Shown here piece after piece: positions 12,101 through 24,100 of a stretch of 64,000 bases of DNA. The notes under the pieces were generated by a model. It saw nothing but the letters and a program-made list of their open reading frames with translations. It was not told the DNA's origin and made no database searches. Within the stretch, counting starts at the first letter, position 1. Each line of letters begins with the position of its first letter. A program made the translations under genes and the position numbers. The stretch spans positions 1-64,000 of the forward strand of contig JBEUKZ010000070.1 in NCBI GenBank assembly GCA_048128005.1. Reading direction: 5' to 3'. The DNA is from Veleropilina oligotropha (lineage: Eukaryota).

Positions 12101-15100
12101 AACCCAAACTGGATTTAATCCCTTCATTCAGAAAGTAATTATACCAGAAAAGCCCAATACAATTCTTCTGTTAAATTAGAAGTGCTTTTGTTTATATTAG
12201 AAGCGACATTTCCGCAAATTGTGCGATAATTTGAGGGACTATTTGAAATCTATCAATGAATGTGAAAGTAGTTCCGAAATTACTACACAAAAGCACATGG
12301 AGTTTTTGCATGTCAAAACAAAAGTTACTGTCAAACATTCGTCGAGTTCACCAAAGGAACACTTTGAGTGTTGTTTCTGGACTTTTAAGTCAATGAAAGT
12401 GGATTACCAAGGAAAGTAAAGACAAGGAGCTTGATGTATGTTAATAAATTAATATTTAGCATTTGAAAGTTTATTGGTTCATGTTTACCGACGATGTTAA
12501 CATTGACTTTATGTGAGATTCTGACGAGTACTGAGTAGGCCCTATAATAATCTGTAATTCCCGTAGTTGGTCATTACATTTGTGATTCATATTTCGTCAG
12601 TAATTTACTCCCGCTAAGGTATCACATCTATGATAATTACTGCACTTGCAATATATTATTTATTTTTTGCTGCAAACAAACATACTGGTCCGCGGGCTAT
12701 CTCGATATATAAATACGCTAGCCCGACTCCATAATTTGCATTTTTTTACTAGTCCCGGGCGTCGGGCTAGTGGATTTGTCCAGCCCTGGCTAAGTCATTT
12801 GACCTTGGGCATAGGGGTGACTGGATGGGTCACAGAAGCGAAGTATGAATGATGATAAGCAAGTGTATGAAGTATCAAGTCAATCCATGAAGGCGGATGG
12901 AAGTTATAGCAGAATGGAGTTACACACACACAAATACTGGTCCAAAGAGCTAAGTCATTTGACCTTGGGCATAGGGGCGACTGGATGGGTCGCATAAGCG
13001 AAGTATGAATGATGATAAGCAAGTGTATGAAGTATCAAGTCAATCCATATAGGCAGATGGAAGTTATAGCAGAATGGAGTTACTTGCACGCAATACTGAT
13101 TTTCGGGATTGGACGGATGGACAAGGTTAAATCTAAATGCCCCCCCCCCCAATAAATTGGTGGGGGCTTAAAAAACCTACCATTTCCTTAACTTTGAGGC
13201 GATACTTAAGTTTTATGCTTCGAGTAACTTATATTAAGGAAATAGAACGTTTTGAGGAAAATCTCAAGTTAAGGAGCTTTGAGTAACCGGGGCCAGGACT
13301 CTCTTACCTATGTGTGGTTTCATCATTCGATGGTACACGCTCCACACGACATCCAGAGACATCCCGCTGTCCAGGTAGATGGCGCCAGCTACCGACTCAA
13401 AGATGTCTCCCAGAGCCTTTGGGATCTCCAGCTCCAATTCTTCGTTCTGAGAATCGTCTTGGTCATCTACTCCCTCCTGAAATGAAACGATTGAATAGAG
13501 ATGTGAAGCAAAACACACCTGTGCATTTAATGCGGTGTTGTTGAGAATACAGCATCACGTGCTATACTCTGCATGCAATACCCATGGACATGCGGGGATA
13601 TCACAGCATGTGGTCTGATAACTTTGAAGAGATGCTGCGAGGACAGACAGACATCATGATATTAAAATTGCGTTATATTATAACGTTATACATTGTCGTG
13701 TACAGTATGTGGTTTTCTTGTCCATATCCAGATTATTATGAAAATATGAAGCTGAATTAAATCTAGTCAAACAACATGTGGATAGAAATTCATGCTGTTT
13801 TCATCACATTGCGGCAGCTAATAGATTTAGTTGCAAATAACAACATGTCCAGAAACAAGATTATGAATACTGTAAACCCCTATATTTTAGCGGTCATAAA
13901 ATTTAGCGATTTCTCATTTACCTGTATATTAGCGGCTTTGTAAATTAGCGATTTTTAATCCATATGTTAATTGAGCTTGATTCCATAAAAATTTTCGCGG
14001 CCTTTTAATTTCGCGATAATATTAGGTACGCGAAACTCGCGAAAATAAAAGGCATGCTAAAATATGGGGTTTTACAGTAAACTGTAACAGTTGCAACCAC
14101 AACTGAAATTTAAACAAGTGATTGCCATTAAGTGGTGATTGTCCCCCGCCCATATGATTGACCACATATATATTTTTGCCCGCTGTGTATTCAGTAACTC
14201 AATGAGAATTAATTAATTAAGCAAGATTTCCTGCCACCAGAGGCTACAGAGATAGATATGCACCCAGAGACTAAGTGTAAAGTAAATTTAATAATTCTCA
14301 TTATTCGAACTTGATCCATCCCATTACCACATTGTGTTTAGTTGGTCTGTGTAATTTCAGAAAGCTAAATTTTTCTAAATGGAAAATTTAGTTGAGAAAA
14401 TTGATAAATTTCATACATGCAAAGACTATTTTGTAAATCAACAAAATTCAGCATTAAATCGAGCCTTGAAAGTTTAAAAAATCCCCCATATTTGAACTTG
14501 ATCTACCCCATGATGGGGTTAGTTGATCTGTAAAGTTTCAGACAGCTAGCACCTCTGTAAATGAAATTAGGGCAAGTGAGAAAATTGAGCACATCCATGC
14601 TTGCAGAGACTATGTATAAAATTGCCAAAAATCTATCAATTTAAAAAAACATTCCCCATATTCGAAAATGAAAAAGGAAAGGATCAATGCTTATTATCCT
14701 GTATATTTCCAACTTATTTAGGTTCAAACCAGGACATGTCCATATTATCGCAGGACGAAAGCCTGCCCTCTTAGAAAATTCCGCAGAATTATATGTCTCG
14801 CCCACCCCGGCTTACCTTGAAAGGGGCCACAAAGCAAGAATTCAGAAGTGCTGATCCTAATATAGTTACAGCAAGACTTAAAGTTTCAGAGAAACAGTAA
14901 TAAAGGCAAAATCTTATTATTATCTACTCAAGATTAAATATATTTTCAGCAGCTAAACCATGACAAAATCATAGTATCTATTGTCAGGGGACACAATGAC
15001 TTGAACCTTGACCAGCTGAGGAGAGTGATATTAGACACTGGATACAGTCTGTTCTTGTAATGACAATATACACTGAGATACCCATGGAATAAACCAATGG

Positions 15101-18100
15101 GGAAGCCAGTTTTCAATATCCATCTGATTTTGAGAATCCCAGCTTCACAGAATGACCATTAAGCTTAACAGCTTACTGTGCCTATTGGCAGTGAGCAAGT
15201 CTTACAGATAAGCACATGTCCCTTTCATCATACACACATAAGACTTACAAAAATATCTCTGTTTCTTTTCTATCCTCAACATTTCAAGGCATAATTAAAC
15301 TTTGTGTATGCGCAGTGAAAATAAATCATGTAACATTTCAAAATCATGTCACATTTTCATTAAAAAAATGTTTTTGGGGGGGGGGGGGGTGAGAGTGAGG
15401 GTGAACAAATCTGAAGGATTAACATGTTTAACAGGTTTTTACACGTGAAGTTTAATATTGAACTGATGTACGTTGTAGTGGAGAGATATCATCTGGAAAC
15501 AATAGCAAAACCATCACACAATAACTAAACTTGGGTGGGGGGGGGGGGGTGAGGGGGAAAAGCAATACCTATGTCTCGTTCCCTACGGGCGATACAAAAA
15601 TTGAAAATCACATCCATGCTTACAGAGACTATGTTCAAACGTCATGAAAAGTCACAAAAAAACCCATATGTTTTAAATATAATTTCACAATATTCGAACT
15701 TGATATACCCAATGATGTGGTTAGTTCATCTGTAAAGTTTCGGAAGCTCGCATTTCTCTAACTGGCAAAGAAAGATGTGAGCAAATCCGGGATGGCTGGC
15801 CGGCCGCACGAACGCAGATACTATGTCCCCCGTCCGCCCGTAGGCGGCAGGGGACAATAATTCAAGTCAACTTGCCAGAACCATGATTGTATAATAAACA
15901 CTTGCATAAATAATGAGGTTTTCTTGGTTTGTTTTACTTCATTCAGCATTAATTCGATTTTGCTTTCTGTAGTCAACTGCCGACAGTAACAATCAGGATG
16001 ATGTACATGAAATTTTGTGAATGTTTGCAATTGGCCTGTGACTAAGAATCAATTGATTTTGGTGGTGATCCAGAATTGATGTCAGTGCAGCCATGGCAGA
16101 GGTCGACAATCTCCGAGTGCTTACTAGTTATTGAATATGACACATTAACAGTATCTATATATTAATAGCGTAAGCCGTTTTCTGTGATTTTACGTATCTC
16201 CTTCGAAGCCACCATACGGATGGCTGTGATATTCGACATGGACATGCTTTTGGGTGTCATGGCCCGGTTTTATTATCGAGTTCGTAACAAAAAGACTTTT
16301 AATCGCACTTTTACCCCGATAAACAAACACGGTTTGCCGTATAAGAAAATGAAAGAACGTTTCAGAACGAGGCTCACTTTTACCCCGATAAACGAACACA
16401 GTTTGCCATATAAGGAACTGAAAGAACGTTTCAGAACGAGGATTCGTAAAAAGTACAGTAACTAAAACATCGCGCCACCTGAAATGTGACGTTTTCAATC
16501 CAACGAACATTATTAGTTTCTTTACACGTAAGGCTATATTGACACTCTTAACATATAATTGCTAAAATATATGCAAAAACCGATATAATTACCAATTTCC
16601 AATGGCATGTTACGAAATTATCCATGGAATTACCGATTCACAGGCCTCGCCCACGCGTTTTATAGGCAAACGTTTTGTCAAATAACGGTGATCGGTCGAA
16701 ATTTTGATACGCGTGTTGACGTAATCAGCAACTTCAAGAAAAGCCTGTTTGCCAACATGCCTTACAAAAAATCCGTATTTCATAGGGTCGTGTATCGTGA
16801 ATTAACTTCTCCACTCTCCCATGTGTGTGTAGTGTATACAAAAGTAGGGAATCCGAGTAGTTTCGGCCCGATTCTCTTTCGGCCATGAGTATAGGTTCGG
16901 CATGAGTAGATTCGGCCTGTATTTAAAAGTAGCATGGGACGATTTTGGCCAGTTTATAAAAATAAAATTATATTATAGAGTTTAATAGAAACTTTATTAT
17001 GCATACGAACACGCATTTTAGTTCTTAACAAAGTAATATAACAACAAAATACCGCAATTAAACGATATATATATATAGGCCTAATGACTCATTGATTCTT
17101 TCTATATAACAAAATGTGGTCTTCAAAGACATTTTGTAATACACTGTAGGTAACAACCGGGACAATTTACACTTATTAACAATTACACCCATTCCTACTA
17201 CGATATACCTCAAAACTAAGTGCTCGCCCCAAAACAGTGCGAAGCACGGGTATTTGCTAGTTTGTTATTAATATTGCATGAAAGTTAAACATATATCATT
17301 ACAGAATGAATGTTATGAATTATTACGATCCAAATGGGTCGAAAGAAAATATCAAGAAGCAAATTTTTCAGCTCCCAAGCCAATCCCTGAAAATTTAAAT
17401 ATCATACAAATAAAATTACAAATTGAAAATAAAATGGGATCAAGATTATTTACGTCATCTTCCGTGTCTATATCATCCTCCTTCTCCTTTTGCTGTGACA
17501 CAAACATCTCGATGACGCTGAACAGTGCTGGCGACACGGCCTTGAAGTATTTATGGAAGTCCCACTTCACGGCCAGGGCGGCGAAGATGTTGTTGTTGAC
17601 GAGAGCAGAGCGCAGGTCTGTCAGAACGCCGGGCGAGTACTTTCGTGAATCTTCGAACAAATGGCGGGTGATTACGTAGTCTAGGACAGCATCCCCAAGG
17701 AATTCTAATCTGTGACAAAGCAATAAGCGTTACTGGCATGTGTAACATCATCACATGCCAATTATAACATACAGATGAAAGAATGGATGATTACTGACAA
17801 GGTACAGCAAATTTCAACATATCTGTTGTTTCTGATGTGCCAAACATGCTATTAAATTATTTTAATTCTGAAAACAGTATTCATAGCAATTGCCATTCAT
17901 TCTCCAGTTACTCTGCTTGACAGGCAACATTTACCGTAGTGAAGTTATAATGATAATATAAGTAAATTGCCAACATTTGAGTCCATGATGGCATTATAAT
18001 GATAGTATTACCAATCTCTGATAGCAGTCTGTAATGGTGTTATGATGGTATTACCAACCTTTGATAGCAGTCTGCAATGGTGTTATAATGATAGCATTAC

Positions 18101-21100
18101 CAACCTTTGATAGCAGTCCGTAATGGTGTTATAATTATTATGATAGCATTTCCAACCTTTGACAGCAGTCCACAATAGTGTTATAATGATAGCATTATCA
18201 ACCTCTGATAGCAGTCCGTAATGGTGTTATAATGATAGTATCATCAACCTTTGATAACAGTCTGTGTTGATGTTATAATGATAGCATTACCAACCTCTGA
18301 TAACAGTCCGTAATGGTGTTATAATGATAGTATTACCAACCTTTGATAGCAGTCCGTGATGATGTTATAATGATACGATGCATGAGTAAAGGCCTGCAGC
18401 AGGTATGCGCGATCCCTGAAGTGGTACTGGATGTTGTCCTCGAATGCTTCATAGCCGTCAAGTAGATGAGTGAGCAGATCCGGTGACCTGGGACCGCGCG
18501 GCAGCAGGGGTGACAAGGTGCAGGAAATATTGGGGAACCTCAAGGGACCCGGGACCTGCAAGCAAAAACTAGCATGGTTAAGGTGCAGGGGAAACCACAC
18601 GGCAAAAATGAGCATAGTTATAAAGAGCCTGAAATTAGTATGACTCTAGCCTAGATCTTACATTGGCATGATTATAATCAGGGGTCGACCTTCACGGTAA
18701 TCCGGTATCCCAAAGTTACCAGATTGATAAACAGGATACCACATTTTTGCTGTCGGTAATCAGAGTGGGAACCAGATATAGCCTATTGTAAAAACATGTC
18801 TCAGATAGTCAACTACCAGATCCAGCAGACAAGTAATTAATTTTGGTAGCTGTTTCAAAATCATCGAGCTGTGAACAAGTTAATTGCTTTTCCGCATGTG
18901 CCGACAGATTCTAATTAAGCGTTTGTAAACCGCAAAGTGCATGCATTGTTCTTTGTATTATTTCATTCACACCCCAAATCCCCTTTGAAAAAAATAGGAA
19001 GCCTAATTAAGCTTCATTACCTTGTGTCCTTTATTCAACTCTCGACAGTAAAATATCTATTGTTGTCGGACTGATCAACGCGACCGCCATTGACTTCCAC
19101 TGTTGTTACAGCCCAGATTCCACACTTGTCGAAGTTAATTTGGGCACTGCTCAATTCAAATTAAGCTATGCCTAACTTTCCAAGTTAGGGCAAGTGAACT
19201 CCCGCTTGAAGCTGTGCTCAACTTTCCATGGTTGACCAAAGTAACTTTGGCAAGGAGCCTCGTTTTCAAATTTCCTTCATATTCCATACCAATACTGCCC
19301 AAGTTGTCCATGGCTCAAGTTAAGTTCAGGACAAAGCCTCGTTCTCGAATTTACTTTTTATTTCTAATTTTTTCCACTAAAATATACTGGAGTAGCTATT
19401 ATATTTTATCGTTATTAATGTAAATACCTAAATATATGACAATTTTATAAATCTTATAACATTAATAATATCTATGTTGATATGAAAAGTTAAAATATTT
19501 AGTATGGTATTTTTATTATAAAACTAACTTATATTGTTGTCTGACTACATAAGAGACCTTGTGTACTTATATTAATATTTCTTTTCCATACAATTATTTT
19601 TATGTTTAGCTAATAATTATATAAAAATAAATAACATTAAAATTATAAAATCGACAATAATAAAAATCGACGAAAATATTTAAGGAATCTTCTGCGATAA
19701 ATACCTCAACCTCCTGGAATGCTATTTTGGGTTTACCCCATGTATATGATTATAGTAATGTTTTTGTTATTGTGTTGTAAAAACATTTAAAATTCATTAT
19801 TGTAATTAAATTACGAGATACCAGTTATTTTTGCGGGATACCAGACTTGCAATTCTGGTATCCCTGCTGGGTACCACAAATTTTAGGGAAGATCTACCCC
19901 TGATAATGACTTAAAATGCACACACAACTGACTGTCCAATCAGGATAGACGTTTGTCGTGAAAAATGAATATTAACTAAAGCTGAATCGTGAACAGTCTC
20001 CAAACAATCATTTTCACCAGTTGCAACCACCCTCCCTCAAACAAGAATTTAAAATAAGTTTCCTTACAAACAAGAATGTAAAATACAGCAGGTTTGTATT
20101 AGTGTTAATAAAACATTGTAGAGCACACACAAGAGATACGACGGATGTTAGATGAGTATTCTGCATTGAACTAGCGTTTTCTGCAGTAGATTAGCATCAG
20201 TATTGCACAGTGGATTAGCATCAGTATTCTGCAGTGAAATAGCATGTTCTGCAGTGGATTAGCATCAGTATTCTGCAGTGGATTAGCATCAGTATTCTGC
20301 AATGAACTAGCATCAGTATTCTGCAGTGATCAGCGTTACCTTGTTTGCTGCTTGCATGATGTTGTGTCCAGGCAGCACCTTGAGTCCGAGCCAGGACATG
20401 AACAGCAGCGCCGCTCTCCGCCCGCACGACGTCAGGTAGCAGCCGATTAGCGCCTCGATGCAGTCGGCGATGCTCTTATCAGGAATGTTATGCTGAGTCT
20501 GGAGACAATATGGAATAAGATGGCTGCAGTTGTCTCTTGACTCCGAATCTTGCGAAAAATTCAACTCTGCCAGTTCTTGATAAAATCTCTGTTGTTGAAA
20601 TTGGCAATTAGATGAAGGGAATATTTTCCTTTCGCCTCCGGCTTTTGCTTCCTGGTCTGGTTTTACATTGCTGTGGCATTGCAAGCTTGAGGCTATCATC
20701 ACCTTCGGTACTGTTCCCTTTCGCTTGGCGTTGTTGATCACGTACCCTGGTGGCAGCCAGTTCTCGTAGGGCTCGAACTTCGTCGACACCATTGACTCTG
20801 CAAAGCTCTTCCTCTTGCCCAGGCGGTAGAGGTTGTAGTTGCTGACCTGCTTGCTCCGCAGGTAGCTCAGCTTGCCCTCGTGGATGCCAGGATAGCTGCA
20901 GTAGAGGTACACCGTGATCGCGTACTTCAGGAAGGAGTCCCCGATGGTCTCCAGACGCTCCAGACTGAAGAAGTCATTAGCATTGGACATGGTCAGGGCC
21001 TGCAGGATGGTGCATGGACTGGGCCCGATGTAGGAGCTCAGCTCGATGTTAGCGTCCAGGGAAATGCTGACCCTGCTCCAGGTATCGGCAGCTGCTGCAC

Positions 21101-24100
21101 CGTCAGCATTAGCTCCACTTCCGTCATGCGAATGGCTACATGGTCGATCTCTTTTTGATAAATTATCTTCACTATTTTTGTCTTCCATGCCATTTGCTTT
21201 ATTGGTCGCAATACTCTGTGGTACATGCTCATCAGAAATGTTGCCCAGCTGGATACTGGAATGGCTGCTGTCTACAGCCGCGTTATCACAGTGAGAGGAA
21301 TCTGACACCATACCAGCCGGTGCAGATATAAAGACACTGGGTTCAGCCCGCATCACCACCTTATCACAGTAAATAGCAGAAATATCCTCTGCTAAATTGT
21401 TCACAGAAGTCCTAGTTTCATTGATTTCTTTGAAACCTTTTGGCTCAGTGTCTATGCTCGATTTCTTAGATTTTAAACAGATTCTCTTACACTCGGAGCC
21501 ATTGCACATTTCATCAGTTGCATCTACAAGACTTTTGTCACCTGTCAGATTATTGCAAACCAGGCTTGCTAAATCTGGCAAGAACCCATCGTTATCATCT
21601 TTGCATCTACAACTGAGTTTCAGTTTCTCTGGACTTGTATCAAACCCAAAGTCGAGCTTTGGAAACTTGAAGTCTGCGGGCAACTCAACGATGCCTATAC
21701 GTGTTTCTCTTGCTATTATTATACGAATTTCTTCTGCTAAAAGTAGGTAGTTAATACGGTATAAAATTGTTGGAATACACACTGCTTTGCGCCACATCGA
21801 TGAAGAGAACACATGAACCTCACACAACTCTGGGATAAGAATTTGTTTTTGCTGCAAGTCTTCTCTGCACGCTCGTTTTGTTTCAGCACTGCTTGTGGAT
21901 AGAGCCACGCCTTTCTGATTCATGTAGCGAGGCGTCAGCAAGTTCAGGCGGGCGGATGTGTGGTCGACGTCCAGTAATGGCTGCGAATTGTTGACCACAC
22001 TTATACCATACTTTTTCTGATAGTAGTCACTGAAGGTCACATAGAGCTCTGGGGAGGGGAAGGAGCTCAACGGAGATAAGTCTGTACGGATTTCAGCCAC
22101 GTAAAAATGTTGCCTCTGGTCGACGTTACGGTACAGCGGCATAACAACTGCATCATCAAAGAGATCCTTATTAAATACAAAAGTTTCCTGTTTAGCTCCA
22201 AAAGAAGCTTGATTGGGGTCAGACAAGGAATGCTCTACTTTCTCCACAAAGGGCCAATCTATATCCATCAGGGCATCAGTACCTGTAAACAAAGGTTCAC
22301 ATAATTTTTGCAATGAACATATTATACGGTAGATATTTGCTTAAGGGCAGTGAAATTAAATTAACTTTAATTAAGTATATACCCATTAAAGTATACAAAA
22401 ACAGTAAAATACTGGTAATGTGTAATAGCAAAGTCAGTTATTTTAAAAGACAATACAAAATCCAGGCTACTGCTTATTAAATATTTTGCTTCGTTAGCTG
22501 TTTGCCAAGGTACTGAACTAATCAATCTGAAGACAGGTCATTAATGGCTCATTGTAAACCTGATCTCCATGCTTACATTTATTAAGTGGGACAATGAAGT
22601 AGCTGACTGGCGCCAGTTCTGGTGCGTAATCCATAGGGTCTTTTTCCAGTCTAAGGACATTGGAGAAGATAAATTTATGGAATACTTTCAGCTTCCCCAA
22701 TTGAGCAGCTTCCAATTCCACATTACATCGTAACAGGTCCACTGACACAGTTAACTCTCCTGATCGGGTATATACTGGAAAGTTTGGCACCTAAATGAGA
22801 AGTATATAATGAATCATGTGCAATTTGAGCATTGATACAAACACAGTATATTTACAAGGTAATTGCATGCTGTCTGAGTAGCTTAAAGTCATAGCCTGGC
22901 ATTAAATGTGTAGCCACTGTCATTAATTCTGATGGTACTATTTGAAGTGTTATTGACTAAAACAACTTCCAAATTTGTCTTCTCTGGAAGTGGTGGCAAA
23001 ACTTGGATTGCATTACCTGATAGTGACTGACGTCACATGGGGAACCATCTGTCAAGAGCTATTATTTCGTTTCGAGTGCCGACTTTGAATTGACTGGCTT
23101 GAAATCGCTGGCTAACAGCCGTAAGATCGAACCTCGGTTGGGACAAAGGCATTCTTTGCTCAGTTGTGCATATTTTAAACTGGACAGAGGGTGACCATCT
23201 CACGATAAAATGGACATGCTCTGATTTGAACCTAACATATACAGGACATACAGTACCAGTCAAAAGTTTGAGTACACCCACTGAAAACAATAATTTTTTA
23301 TATTTGATAAAGTTTTATTCCACATAGCTTACTGTAATCATTTAAAAATGCATATGAACACACATATAAGCCGACAAATCAATAAATAACAGAAATATGT
23401 TCAAGAAACTTCACAATTTCTATAAATCTCTGATCCATCAAAATACTCATCAATTGCTTGCTCAGCAAAAGGATTGCATTCCGAACCAAAATTAGCAAAG
23501 GAGTCTGAAATATGTACAACTCTGTGTGTTATATCAAGTGCTAAATGTATCGATTTATGTGTATATATGCACTTTGTGTTCAATCAAACATGTCCTCTTC
23601 CATTGAATCACAGTTAATCGTATACAGTAAACAAGCCTGTGTGAGTTCAAGTGAACAATATATTTAACTCGCAATTGCTCACATTTCTTATTAATGATTA
23701 TAATGGTGTTGTAAAATTGCCAAAACAGTCTGTACTTAATTTGAGAAATGATGGTCAATCGTGCACAAATTTGCAATTGTCTGTCACTACACTGGCCAAA
23801 ACCTTCAAACGGTTCGTACAAACAGGTAGTCGTGGTGACCGCAAGACGTCAGGCAGACCAATAGTGAGCCCCAAATGAGAAAACAAGTTCATTCAAGTCT
23901 CCGAAATTTGCGATTGACTGCCCCTGAAATACAAGATCTGTTAACTGCACCAGGAGTATTGATGCTTCGACATCCATTGTTCAGAGGATGTTGCATGATG
24001 CTGACCTAACAGGATAAATAGATGATATGCAAAGAAAGCACTACTGGGAGTTATAAATATAAATACTAGTTATATAGTTATAAATACTAGTAAGAAGAAA

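Larger units (their letters stand above)
3712..13293. mobile_element. PIF/Harbinger-like non-autonomous TIR element expanded by nested insertions
   Basis: Left end gtcccgtttactcaaagctccttaactt; reverse complement of right end gccccggttactcaaagctccttaactt; 3-bp CAG duplication at 3709-3711 and 13294-13296. Superfamily is inferred from TIR style and the 3-bp TSD. Confidence 0.75.
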
